A DNA stretch of 64,000 bases from the human T2T-CHM13v2.0 reference genome, Homo sapiens: NCBI RefSeq assembly GCF_009914755.1, contig NC_060933.1. One strand, given 5' to 3'. The notes under the pieces are model-generated. The model searched no databases. It was given only the letters and a program-made list of their open reading frames with translations, and had not been told where the DNA came from. Shown in pieces: positions 13,868 through 27,060 of this stretch. Numbering within the stretch: the stretch's first letter is position 1; every line of letters starts with the position of its first letter. The position numbers were made by a program, and so were the translations under genes.

Positions 13868-14185
13868 GGCTGGGAGAGGTGGCTCACACCTGTAATCCCA
13901 GTATTTTGGGAAGCTGAGGTGGGCAGATCACTTGAGGTCAGGAGTTTGAGACCAGCCTGGCCAACATAGTGAAACCCCGTCTCTACTAAAAATACAAAAA
14001 TTAGCTGGGCATGGTGGCACACACCTGTAGTTTCAGCTACTCAGGAGGCTGAGTCAGGAGAATCATTTGAACCCAGGAGCCGGAGGTTGCAGTGAGCTGA
14101 GATAGAGCCACTGCACGCCAGCCTGGGTGACAGAGCAAGACTCCATCTCAAAAACAAAACAAAACAAAACAAAACACACAAAAAA
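13868..14185 (+). mobile_element. AluS (Sz/Sx-like), full length, (AAAAC)n tail
   Basis: Dimeric Alu; imperfect TSD aaaaccccatttatca / aaaatcctttttatca. Confidence 0.95.
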
Positions 14186-15984
14186 ATCCTTTTTATCATA
14201 GAATTCAATATCAAAAACTATTAATGTGAATACTTTTGCCCACATTGAACTATAATTTCCTCATGAAACTTAATACCCCAAGTAGCCTGAATTCTATAAC
14301 GTAATTTTCACAAAGGGTTTCAATTCACCAGATAATTTTTCAAGCCCCTCTCATGCATTCATTTATTTGGACACGACCTTTGACCTGAATCAAAAAATGA
14401 TTCCAGAAACATTTCTGAAGCATATTGATGACAGACTCAATTGGAACAGAATCCAAAATGGTATTGGCGTACTGGCATTAAGGTGTAATATTTCTGTTAG
14501 GCCTTCCTGTCTTCAGCTGTGCTTTGGACAAACCCTTCTTTTAGACAGGATTTGTTCTTCACAAAGACTTATTGCTTATTATCCAGTACCCTGTGATCCC
14601 TGAGGTTATTGAAAATTGATTTGTTCCAGGGCCTTTCCAAGGTGCTGGCCACTGAAATCCTTGACCATCAAATGGAGGGAATTCCAAATAAATAAACAAA
14701 TACATAAATAATAAACGAGCCTTCTTTGTTTCAAGTCTCTGACTTCCACTATGCCGCAAAACCTCTCCGTGTGCATTTGCTGTGTCAGCCAAAAGTGAAA
14801 AGACAGAATGGGAATTGAGGAAGGCCATTAGGAGCTGAAGCAGCAGGAATCAGATACGGAGAGCCCCCGGCCCTGCTGTGAGCATGAAGGCAGGGACGGT
14901 CTGTGGCAGGAGGGGAGCTAAGCACTTTTTTCTTTGCTTCTTGGTTAACAACGTGGTCATTTCATAAGCGAAAGGCTCCATGTGGACTGCTTAACCTGAG
15001 CTCATAGTTCAGTTCTTAAAATTCCAAGTCCCTTTAACTGAAAGGTTCAACTAGAACCAATGATTATATAAAATGGTTATCATTAGGATGGGGCTTTTCA
15101 CACTTTGAATAAAATTAAGTTCTATTTTCCTTGAAGGATTTTTGCATCCTGTACAGGAGGATCATCTGTAACATTAAATTGTTTTTGAGTTTTTATGCTA
15201 ACAGTGAAAAAGATCTAAATGGATTAGTCTTTCCTCTCCTATGCTAATCCAGGAAGCATTCTTTTGATACCCACCTAATAAAGACAATCTCTAAAACCAA
15301 ATAATAGGCTATGAAATGTATTGTGAGTTCTTATTTCATTCAAGACAGAGCTTACCTTTAAGTCTCCAGCTGAGACAGTTGGTTTTATCTTTCTGAAAGC
15401 AGTTTGGTCAAGTGTTTCAAGTAAATCAAAAGATCGGTTAATCAATTCCTTAGCGAATTGGATTAGACACTCTCATTTCAAATGGCAGTTTTATGCTTAC
15501 TCATTGTCTTGAATAATCTTAAATACTTTATGCTATCTTCCTGCTCCATTATTTATGTAATCACTGGCCCTTAGTATTCTGCTTTAGATCATATAAAATC
15601 ACTTACAGATATTTTCATCACGCACACAGAAGCTCTTTATGTCATAATCCAATTTGATGGGTCTTTCCCCCTGCATTCTCTCATGTGGGAATTCTTGTTT
15701 TAACTTTATTGATCTGTCTGGTTTATTGTTGGGCCACATGGTTCCACATCACACGGGTAGGATGGAGAGGTACAGTGAATAGCCGTAGATGTTTTGAGGA
15801 TTCTCTTGCTAGTAGACACAATTAACTTCATCTCTTTCAAGCTGTCAGTTATAAAGCCACTGTTTGCTTGGAATATATTTGGAATTTACGTCATGTTCCC
15901 CAAAGCTAACTGCCTCCTGTATCTGTAGTTGACAGTTTCTACTTTATGCAAGTTATTAATACAAAAGCAGCAATAGCAACAGCT

Positions 15985-16330
15985 TCCATTTATTGAGTCT
16001 TCTTAAGTGCCAGTCTCTGCATAAGTGCTTTACGGGCATTATTTTATTAATCCTTTGGTATTCTGGGGAAGTATGTACTATTATTACCCATAGTCTTTAG
16101 GTGAGAAAAGAGAGGCTGACAGAAGAAACCCAGTGCTTGTGTGGATGGAGGGAAAAATATGATCTTCTGCCAGCTCTCATTTAGAGCCTTTGCACATCTG
16201 TGACAGATGTAAGGCAGATGTTATTGACTCTAGTCTAGAGATGAAGTTTGTCAGATGAAGGAGTAAGTTATTTGATGACATTCACCCAACTAGTAAGTTA
16301 CAGTGATAGATTTTAAAGCAAAGTCTTTCC
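15985..16330 (-). mobile_element. MIR fragments
   Basis: ccatttattgagtctt...aagtgctttac...ggtgagaaaagagaggc; gtaagttatttg...cacccaactagtaagt. Confidence 0.6.
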
Positions 16331-17524
16331 AATTTAAAGCTTGAATTGTTGCAGTTTGGGACAAATCCTGAGAGAATTTGTTTAGGTAATTAAAAAAAAA
16401 ATCAAAGAGATTGTTGGGCCACACTAACAGTGCCCCCTGATGTAGGCTATCACAGATTTATTATAGCATGGGCTAGTATATTTTTGTTTTTCTGTAGCAA
16501 TACCTTGTGGCCTTTGGAGTGATTCAAATTAGAAGATGAATGGGTGTGGTGGCAGTGGACCCAGAATATTATGAAAATGCAAGACAAACAAGATGAGAGT
16601 GAAATCATCACAGAATATAGCCTGAGTAGGGCAAATGTACTAGAGCAAATTAGAAGGGGATTCATATGCAAGGGCTAAGGGGAAGAATTCATCAATTACT
16701 CAACCTTTGAACTCCAAAGAAGTAGTTCAGTAGGTGTGGAAGAGCTGGAGATGCAGATGTAGATAAGGAGATTGTGATCATGTCAGTGGACCAGTGAGTT
16801 TAGAAATGGGGATGGAGTGGACTGAAGTATGAACCACAAAGGAGTGGTAGGGAGGGAGGAATTCTAAAGTCTGAGGGTTATTCTCCACTGCTCCTCAGAG
16901 ATGAGCCTACCACATCAGTCAAGCCAGGCTACTCATTACTCAACCCCCCAGCCCTCTGCCCTGTGTCCCCAGCCCAGCTTTCCAGGCACAAGATAATACG
17001 CCAAACATACCTAATGCATGAAGCCTGCCAGTGTTTATGTTGTTCTGCCCACCTTGAAAGCCATCTCCTCACCTGTAAACCCCGTATGTCTGGCACTTAG
17101 TTCATTGCTTAGCATTTTGTTGGCCTCAATTTGTGTCTTTAGAATAAATGAATGAAATAATACATTACTAGCAAATGTTTGAATGAATCCTATTCTTATT
17201 CCCAAAAAGTAATCCAATTTTTTAGTGTAATGTTAGATATATAAGGATGAAAAACGTGATTTGATCAACTATTTTCTTGGTTAAAGGAATGACATTAATA
17301 TTCTGCAAAAATGTACTGTAAGTAGCAATATCATTTGGAAACCTATTTTTATGATCAGAAAAGTGGATTATTTCTCTAAAATGAATAAGCCAGTATCTGC
17401 ATTATCAAGGTATATCATTCTAGTGAAAAATTTAGTATTTTTAACTGTTATATATTAATGGGCATTGTGGAAATGCACAATAAACAAGGTGATGGTATAT
17501 TGTAAAAAAAAAATACCTCATTTA

Positions 17525-17750
17525 ATAACTACTGCCTTTTTAGTGCTTACTATGAGCCAGGAACTATGCTTAGTGTTTTATATATTTATACTAATTTGCT
17601 GACAGTTTTCTCAATAGCTCAGAAGGTGTCCTTAGTATTCCCAGTTCACAGAGAAAGACACTGAGATTTAGAGATATTATCTTAGTAAATAAGAAGCCTG
17701 GAGGTTGAACCTTCTGTCTGTTCCTGAAGAACATGCTTTAACCACTAGGT
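17525..17750 (-). mobile_element. MIR SINE
   Basis: gtgcttactatgagccagg...cacagagaaagacactgag...catgctttaaccact. Confidence 0.7.
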
Positions 17751-18729
17751 TATATTCTTTTCTATTGGAAGGAGTGTTTGGTTGAGCCCACATTGCATCT
17801 ACCTTTATAACCAAGCACATTTGTGTACACCTGAGAAGACAATGGGCTAGACAGGCTGTTAGTTTCTTTTTGCATGAGTACATTTGGAGGTGAGGAGGAA
17901 GAGAAAGTGGGCCTGGGGAGTACAACATGATGGCTTTTGTGAAACATCTACCTTCATGCTCTGCCCCATCTGAGCCCATTGGAAAGCACCATTTCTAAGT
18001 AATGGTGTGGCAAAGCTGAGAGGGAAAGTGTGGAACCAGAGCCTTCTTCCTTGAACACACCTAGAGGTCCATGGTTTTGTGAGCACTGAGATACATCATA
18101 CTTGGCATGACTATTCTATATGGGAGAGGGGGCGGTATCAGCAGCTATGGTAGCAGCAAGGGACCCTCCTCAAATGGCTTTGCTGTCTGTGAACACTGAC
18201 CAAGAGAGCTGGAATGGGAGAAGTAGACCCTGACAAGTACCATGTGATGATGAGAACTAACAGAGCCGTTTGTGAGCTCACATAAGATACTTCATGGGGC
18301 CCACCAAACATATCTGAGTGAGACTCTGAGGAGGTGGGGGTGGGGTTGTTTGCAGGTCCTGCCTGAACAGATGGGGCAGGAGACAGTGAAATTTGATTTA
18401 TTACAGCTACTGTGATCCCATCTGTTGATGAAGCCCAGAGAAACTCAACCATCCCAGACTAAAGTTACTCAATCCCCCATTGCTAACAGAGGAGATGCAA
18501 CTACTTAGACTGCGTGTTCAGTCTGAAATAGTATGGGGAATAGACATCTTACTGTTAATTGTGATATAGGCAAAATAGCATTTTGTACTTCATAATGATA
18601 CCCAGGATAGCATAACATTTAAATTATTTTTTTCTAATTTTCTATGCCATCTCTTTTATTTCTCACTGCTTAATTACGGGGCAGCCCCATTTTATAGGCA
18701 AAAGAGTTTCTCAAATTAAAAATAATATT

Positions 18730-18975
18730 AACAACAGTAATAACAACAATTAAGTTCCAAAGCATTATACTAAGCAAGTTATGTGCACTACTATTTAATC
18801 CTTAAAATTACTCTGTAAAATGAGTATTGGTGTTATTTTCATATTATGGATGAATAAATTAAGGCTCAAAAAAGTTAATTAACTTAAGGTCACACAGCTA
18901 ACAAATTTCTGAGTCAGGGCTTCAGTCCATATTACTCCCACCTAAAAGTACATACTTCCAGCCACTTACTATTCT
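18730..18975 (-). mobile_element. MIR SINE
   Basis: atggatgaataaattaaggctc...aaggtcacacagcta. Confidence 0.7.
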
Positions 18976-19512
18976 GGTGGGGGGAGAACTAAAATTCTGA
19001 TTTTGTGATTATCTGTGAAATAACTTTTTGGTCTGTTTTTTACCAGCAAGGGAGTTTTTCATTGCATATGAGGTAGACATTCTCTTAAATAACTTTTTTT
19101 GTGTGATCTTTTCATTAATATGTATCAAAAAGAAGCATATGATTTTCAGATGGATTCATTTCTCTTTTCCACTGCTTTCATTAATTTGAATATCAAAGAA
19201 TTTGCTTGTTTATACACACTCAAGAAGGAGCACTCCAAAAGGAGACAAAAGCAACTCTCTGAAAAGGTTTTAGCATGTTTTTATGAGTAAAAAATAGTTT
19301 GTGTGAATCATTCAGGGTTTGTGTGCATTACACACAATAAACTAAATGAGTATAACAAGTTAAATTTATGAATTAAGGATCTGGTAATTCACCAGCCACC
19401 TGTCTGTAAAAGGCTTTTGAATTTGGTGTATATAAAATGCTTCCTATAATTACATGGAGGGAATAGGCATTATGGCTGTAAAGTAATGAGATTAAAAATA
19501 TGCAAGAATTTA

Positions 19513-20572
19513 CATATTTGCAAACCATATATCTGATAAGAGGTTAATATCCAAAATATATAAGGAACTCAAGCAACTCAATAGCAAAACCACAAATAAT
19601 CAAATTAAAAAATGGGCAAAGGGCCTGAATAAACATTTTTCAAAGGAAGATTTACAAATGGCCATCAGGTATATGACAAAATGCTGAATATCACTGATCA
19701 GCAAAGCAAAGAGAATTAAAACCACAATGAAGTATCACCTCACACCTGTTAGGATGGCAATTATCAAAAAGACAAGATAACGAGTGCTGGCATGGATGTG
19801 GAGAAAAGGGAACCCTTGCACACCATTAATGAGAATGTAAATTAGTACAGCCATTATGGAAAACAGTATGAAGGTTGCTTTAAAAATTATCTAAAAATAG
19901 AACTACAATATTATCCAGGAATCCCACTACTGGGTATATACCCGAAGGAATTGAAATAAGTATGTTGAAAAGATACCTGTATTTTCATGTTCATTGCAGC
20001 ATGATTCACAATAGCTAAGATATGGAATCAACCTAAGTTATCATCAATGGATGAATGGATAAAGAAAATCAGTTATATATACATGATGGCCTACTATTCA
20101 GCCTTAATAAAAGAAGGAAATCCTGTCATTCGCAACAAGATGGATGAACCTGGAGGATATTATGTTGAGTGAAATAAGCCAGAAACAGAAAGACAAATAC
20201 CAAATGATTTCACTTATACGTGGAGTGTCAAATAGTTGAATTCAGAAAAACAGAGTAAAATGGTGTTTACCAGAGGCTAGGAGTAGGAAAATTAGGGAGA
20301 TGCTTGTCAAAGAACACAAAATTTCAGTTACACAGGAGGAATAAGTTCAAGAAATCTATTGTACGTCATAGTGACTACAGTTAACATATTGTATATTTGA
20401 AAATTGATTAGAAAGTAAATTTCATATGTTTTCACTACAAAAAATATTGATATGTGAGGTAATGCATATGTTAATTATCTTAATTTAGCCATTTCTCCAT
20501 ATATACATATAACAAAACACCATGCTGTTCACCATACATGAATATGTATAACTTTTACTTGTCAATTAAAAT
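19513..20572 (+). mobile_element. L1MA (L1MA6-8-like) 3' end, 5'-truncated
   Basis: Decayed ORF2 C-terminus (atatttgcaaaccatatatctgataag...) plus L1MA 3' UTR ending cttgtcaattaaaa. Confidence 0.9.
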
Positions 20573-22114
20573 AGAGGCTGAGTATTAAAAATATATACAA
20601 TAATTTAGATAATTAACACATTATTTTTTAATGCATTAAAAATAATGAGTGTAAGCTTTACACTCTGTAGCAAGATACAGGGATTTTATACATTTAAATG
20701 TGTGTTTTTCTCTCTAAAGTTGTCACTTTAGAATTTCTATATATAACTTATTCCAGTGATGATGCCATTTATTAAAACACTTTCAAAATTTCCCTTTGTG
20801 AATTTTCCCCAGAGCCACTTTATAAAGTACAAAAATGTTTTATCAATTTATAATCACTCCCTCCTTTTTTTAACAAAAAAAGTGGTAATTCTTCATTCTG
20901 TAATTCATCTTATTTACCAAACCAAACTCTGAACTGCTTTTGACCATTTTCTCAAACTAATCCTAGTGTCTCAGTATGAAGACTTGTCACCTTTCAAGAA
21001 ATCCAAAGGACTGTGGAGGAAGCCCCCAGAATACTTAAATAATTAACTTCCCAGTGTGGATTATACCCTGATTGGGCCTGCATGTCTTTGAGGTGATAGA
21101 TTCTGCTCTGCTCTTTACAAAAGCAGCATTACTCTGTAGTCTCACATATACAGATTGAAGATCTCATTTTGCCATTCTAATATCTTGAAATTATAAGATA
21201 TGAAATATATCTAATTGCCTCTGTGAAAACAGAGGCAAATTTCTAGGCAGTGTGAGGTGTTCTTCTGAGCTCTTCATCCCATTAACTTTCATTTATGATA
21301 TTAAAAAAACATGTTAATTAAGATATAACTTGCAAAATGCTCTGCAGTTTGTGTGTGTGTGTGAGAAAGAGAGGGACTTTCAGGAATTGAAGATTTTCTC
21401 TGCATGATACACTTCTGACAGCTGACTAAAAAGCAGCTCAGTCAGACATCTTTATTATGGAGCACAAGTCACATTTTAAACAACTGAAGCTTATTATTTT
21501 GGGATTTTCTTCTGGATTTGCCATCACTTTTAATGGCAAAAAGTGCAATTACATTTGCACCAACCTAGTAAGATTCACTCATTTGATTCCTGAGGCTCCC
21601 AGAGTCGTTTAGAGTTAATTGTCCCTAGTCTGTATTCCCTAGACTTGTTAGAGACTATTTTCTTCTCAAGATCAAGGAAGATGTTGTATTTATGCAGGGT
21701 CCTTAAAACATAGTTATTGTAACTGGCACATAGCAGATACAGGTTAATATTTATGGAATAAATGAACAAATAATTGGTCAAGGTCTCTGGAAATCAGTTT
21801 GAACTGCTTTAATATGATAACCTCTACAGTTCCTCTAAAATCTGAACGAAATTTTGGGGTGAGAAAATCAAGAAATAACTATCTAGCTGGCTTGAGTCTA
21901 GAATCTTCAGGAGAGATAAGAATTATCATGCTATTTGGAGTTGCTTTGATTACTTGTGAACAGCTGCATTTTGTTCATCAGGTGATATAATTGCATAGGT
22001 AAAGGCTAAAGTAGCCAAAATTGAAAAATGGTTAATGTATGCAGTTTCTAGCTGTCAATCAAACTCTGTCTTTTGCAAGTATTTCTGGGGCATTCACAGT
22101 TAATGACAAAATGT

Positions 22115-22116
<2 letters not shown>

Positions 22117-22155
<39 letters not shown>
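22117..22155. repeat. (TG)n microsatellite, about 19 units
   Basis: Directly visible. Confidence 0.95.
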
Positions 22156-22159
<4 letters not shown>

Positions 22160-23199
22160 TTTCCTTCACAAACCTGAGCATTTCATGCAAATATCTGTCA
22201 AGGATCACATTAAACAACATTAACCACCTCAATGCAAGCTGAAAAATCCCTTCAAACTTACAGATATTCTCAGAAAGAAGGTAATTTTTAAAAATACATG
22301 TTTTCTTTTCAAATAATAATTGTGCAAATGGGGCTCATTGATTGCCTGGATTTTAGTTTAGCCCTCATTAGGCTACATACAGGCTAATATTCCTTTAATA
22401 TTGGTAGACCTGAGTTTTGCAGAATAAGCAAACCTTTTGATAGGTTTTATACTTAAACATAGCAAAAAAATTATTTTAATGCTAGGTTATAGGCATAATC
22501 CTCACATATTTTAGTCTGTATTATTTTATGCAGTGATTTAAACTGCTACATTTAGGGAACATGTTTAGAACATCTTATGACACATTGTAACTGCATTGAG
22601 AGCACTAACTCCTGAAATGTAGAGAGGAAAGGCAACTAAAATTACCTGAAATTTGTTTTTTGTCTAAATATTCTTTCCCAGAAGAGACTCTCAAATGAAA
22701 ACTGATCCAATAGATAACAATTATAAGGTAAGGCAAAAATAATAGGCTCTATGTTATCATATGGTGTAAGTGCTTGTGTTGTCTTTGGGCTTGTGTTTGG
22801 AAATATGGTTTACTCTGGGTCATTCATTTATCATTGTGTCCACCAGATTTGTGTAATCCTCATGATGATGATACCTTAATTTGCTACAGAGTCTTAGGTC
22901 ATGCTCAAAGTTCAGTTTTGGGAGCAGCGGGAATGGGCTTGGCTTGATAAAGATCACATGATCTTTGTGTGTTCTCAGTCAACTGTTTTTCATATATCAC
23001 AAGGGGTGAGAAGCCTGACATAAACTTTCTTTAACACAGCTAGAGTGAGATATTTGAGGAGATTATGTTTTCTAAAACATATAAAGTGTTTATTAAGACT
23101 TTCAGAAAGTGTAAAAGCTGCTAGGTAATGCACGAGGCACTTCCTTGAACTGTATACTTATTTCTTTTCATTTAAAAGAAATTCTAATTTTGTGAACTT

Positions 23200-23553
23200 T
23201 GTTCTTCTGGACCAAGCTGAAGGTGGAAGAAATGATGGGGGCTGCCCCATGCAGTCATTCAGGGTCTCACGGTGAAGGTGATATGGCATCCTCACATGTA
23301 GTTTCACAGATCCTTTATGTGTCAATCAGTGTCCAGCTGGCGCTTAAGCAGAGAGTGGAGAGGTTGTGAGTACCCTTCTAGTGGTGGCACTTCCACCCAC
23401 ATGCTATTGGCCAAGATTCAGTCACATAACTATGCTTACATGCAAGGGAGAAGGAGGAGAAAATAAAATATTTTACTAGAAAGCCACTTCTCTAATTCAG
23501 CTCCTCAACACAGAATAGACATTCTCTGGTAGAACACTAGCTGTTTCTTCCAC
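23200..23553 (-). mobile_element. MLT1 MaLR LTR fragment
   Basis: cacttccacccacatgctattggccaag...cagtcacat; terminus cttccaca. Confidence 0.65.
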
Positions 23554-23579
23554 ACTCCTCACGTATTAAGCTCCATCCA

Positions 23580-23965
23580 CCCTGACTTTTACCCTGATCC
23601 TGGCATATTTACATCTCAGGGCCTTTGTCTATGTTGTTCCTCTTCTAGGAAAATTTCTGCTGCCCTTAACTTGTCTGGTCATTTTTCTTTTCAATCTTAA
23701 GGTTTTTCTTAAACACTATCCCCATCAAAGACACCTTTCTTAATCACCTGTCAAAAGTAAGATTGTCCCAAGTACCTTGTTGGTTTTCTTTACAGCGCTT
23801 ACCATAATTGGCCATCATTTGATCTGTTTACTTCCTTTTGTTTGTTTCTCCCACTAGAGTGTAAGCTCATGAAACTAGGTATATGATTGTCTTTTACACT
23901 ATTGAATTCCTAATGCTTGTCACAGTGCTTGACATATAGTAGATGCTTAACAAATATTTTCTAAA
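23580..23965 (+). mobile_element. L2 LINE 3' end
   Basis: ctcagggcctttg, cccactagagtgtaagctc, cacagtgcttgacatatagtagatgcttaacaaatatt. Confidence 0.85.
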
Positions 23966-24313
23966 TTAAAGCAGAAGGCTCTGGGTTATGAGTAAATAAT
24001 TGTAGTATTAAACTAAAACACCATTACCATTAATATAAATTTATAGATCTATGATTCTATAGACAGGTTTGACAAAACACAGTCAGTGCATCATTATTAC
24101 CCTGTACTGACACTTTATATTAATCCAACTCATTCTTGAATTATTTTAAAGTAACTATTCCAATTAGCCATTGCTGTATAGTACATTACCTGAAAACTTA
24201 GTGGCTTAAAACAGCAACAATAATTTTATCACCTCATGGATTTTGTGGGGCAAGAATTCAGAAAGTGCTTGGCTAAACCTGGCTCAGAGTTTCTCATGGG
24301 ATTAATATTTATA

Positions 24314-24385
24314 GAATGAATGAATGAATGAATGAATGAATAGGGTTATGGAATGAATATTTATGGAATGAATGAATGAATGAAT
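24314..24385. repeat. (GAAT)n microsatellite in two duplicated blocks
   Basis: attta-(gaat)n-gggttatgg occurs twice. Confidence 0.9.
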
Positions 24386-24621
24386 GGGGTTATGGTCAAA
24401 TATTTGCTGGAGCTAGACCAACAGTGGTGCCAGAGCAAACACAGAAGCTGCAGGTTTCCAAAGATCAAGTATTCCTGTGAGCCAGTCAGAAGCACATTGA
24501 CATTTAGGACTTAACCTTGGAAGCAGGGCATCCATTTTGCTGTATGCCATTGGTTGAAACAGTCACAAAAGCCCTCCTGGTCCAAGCGGAGCAGACATAG
24601 ACCCCAATTCTGGGTAGGAGG

Positions 24622-25028
24622 TGCATCTTCGTCTGTTTTCTGTTACTATAACTGAATATCTGAGACTGAGTAATTTATAAAAAATGTATTTCTTACAGTT
24701 CTGGAGGCTGGGAGGTCTAAGATTGAGGGAGCGCATCTGATGAGGGCCTTCTTTCCGATGGGGACTCTGCAGAGTTTTGAGGTCGCTCAGGGAGTCTCAT
24801 GGAAAGGGGGCTCAGGAGAGAGGGCAAAACTGGGTTTTATAACAGATCTACTCTCGTGATAACCAACCCATTCTCATGATAATTGATTAATCAATGAATG
24901 GACTAATCCATGAGGGCTCTGCCTTTGAGACCAAATCACCTCCCAAAGGTCCTGCCTCTCAACACGTCTACACTGGGGACCAACTTTTTAAGACATGAAC
25001 TTTTAGGGGACACAATCAAACCATATCA
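24622..25028 (-). mobile_element. MST (MSTB/C-like) MaLR solo LTR
   Basis: ctgagactgagtaatttata...cagttctggaggctggga...ggggacacaatcaaaccatatca. Confidence 0.85.
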
Positions 25029-25785
25029 AGAAATATCAAAGGATTTGTGCATATATTTTTAAACTGTCATATCAACCAGGAGGGAATGAATCCTTGGACT
25101 TGCAGAGCATTTTAAGGACTTATTATTACCAGGCTTTCTCTCTCACCCTACTTTTTTATACAGGCCAGTAAGGAATTCCATAGCACTTAACCTCCTCCAT
25201 GCACAGAACGCTCTTTAAGTAGCTGAGGTATGTATGTATTCAGAACTTCTTATTTGAAAAATGCCTCCTCTGCAGGGTATTGTAGATGTCATATTATGAG
25301 AACCCTGACATTGAATCGAGCACTCACTTCCTTTCAAACCTTTGGAAATAGGCTGTATTGATTCTTAACATTTCTCTGGCACATTTGTGGAAAACAGCTT
25401 TTCTCAGAATAATTGGTCTTGGTTTCCCAGCCTTAATATTCTACATAACAAATTCTCTGTTTTCATTAAGGCATTTTATTTATAACAAATGGGTCAAAAA
25501 TATTCTTTACCCTGGTCACAATTCTGTAGGAAGAAATTGTCAAGCATTCTGGGATGCTGCTCTGTAACCATCTCAGTAAAGTCTTCTCATGAGATGGTTT
25601 AAAAGGTGGATAATTTGTGTTAGAGAACTCACAAACTGTTAGATTACTCCAAGTTCCAAAATACGCAGGAAATCCTTAATCAAATGTGTAACATAATCCC
25701 ACTATTATTTTTACTATGAGACTTTATTTATAGTTAGAAATATACTGTTCCAAGTGTGACCTTAAGCAAGGATTCATTGACTTAA

Positions 25786-26825
25786 AAAAAACTTTTTATT
25801 TCAAAGCAGTTTTATTTTTACAGAAAAGTTGCAAGACTATTACAGGGAACACTTGTATAACCCTCACCTAACTTCCCCTATTGTTGACATTACTATGGTA
25901 CTTTTGTCCCAATTCATGAACCAATATTGATACACTTATTAACTAAAATCCACACTTAATTCAGATTTTCTTAATTTTTATCTGTCTGCTTTCTGTACCA
26001 GGATCCCACTCAGGATACCACATTGCATTTACTTCTCATGTTTCCCTAGACTCCTGTAGACTGTTACAGCTTTTCAGATATTCCTTATTTTTGATGACCT
26101 TGACGGTTTTGAGGAATGCTGGTCAGATATTTCATATAATGTTTTTCAATTTGGGTTTGTCTGATATTTTCTCATGAGTAACAGGACTTATGGATTTGGG
26201 GGATGAAAATAGTCTGTTCTACCCATGTCTCATATCAAGAGCACATACTATCAATGTGACTTATCAGTATTGATGTTAACCTTGATCACCTGGCTGAGAT
26301 AGTATGTGTCAGATTTCTCCACTGTAGCAAATTACTTTTGTCCCTACCCCCTTCCATACTTTGGAAGGAATTCACCATGCACATCCCCCTCTTAAGGAAT
26401 GGGGAGTCATGCTCCACCTTCATGGGGTGGGGGTGGGGGAGTATCAATTTAAGTTATTTGGAATTCTTCTGTACAGGAGATTCATTTCTTCTCCCTCATT
26501 TATTTACTTAATCATTTATGTCAGTATGGACTCATGGATGCTTATTATATACTTTAGGTTATAATCCTATACTACTATATTTTGTTGCTCAAGTTGTTCC
26601 ATCCTTGGCCATTGGGAGTGCTTTCAGTTGGATCCTGGGCTCCTTTGACATATCCCCATCATAGTGATTTTCTTTGGGCACTTCCTTACTTTCTGGCACT
26701 AAAAGGTGTTCCAAACTCATCTTGTATATTTTATTCCCCTGACCTAGAATCAGCCATTTTTTCAAGGATTCCTGGTCCTTTAATTGGAAAATTATATTAG
26801 AAACCAAGAACTAGCTACTGGATGT
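25786..26825 (-). mobile_element. L1MC (L1MC4/5-like) 3' UTR
   Basis: caggataccacattgcattta, gatgttaaccttgatcacctggctgag, gaatcagccattt...tattagaaaccaag. Confidence 0.85.
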
Positions 26826-26884
26826 GCTTGTTGCTCCTGGGGTGGGTTCATTGAATTTCCCCAGCCTACCATTTATAAACACTT

Positions 26885-27060
26885 ACCTACCATTTATTGA
26901 AGAGCTACTCTGAGCTAGACATTTTAGTTACACAAGATGAAAAAATTATCACCCTGCATGATGGTGTTCCAGATGAGAGAATTCTCATATGTTAAATGTC
27001 TTGCCTGAGATAGAGAGCTAGTAAATGGCAAAGCTACTATTCAAGCTTTGTTCTCTGTAA
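26885..27060 (-). mobile_element. MIR SINE
   Basis: ccagatgagagaatt...cttgcctgag...gctagtaaatggcaaagct. Confidence 0.55.

Larger units (their letters stand above)
24156..25071 (-). mobile_element. MLT1 MaLR LTR, interrupted by an MST LTR and a (GAAT)n tract
   Basis: aaaacttagtggcttaaaacagcaa...ccattggttgaaacagtcacaa; resumes after 25028. Confidence 0.7.
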
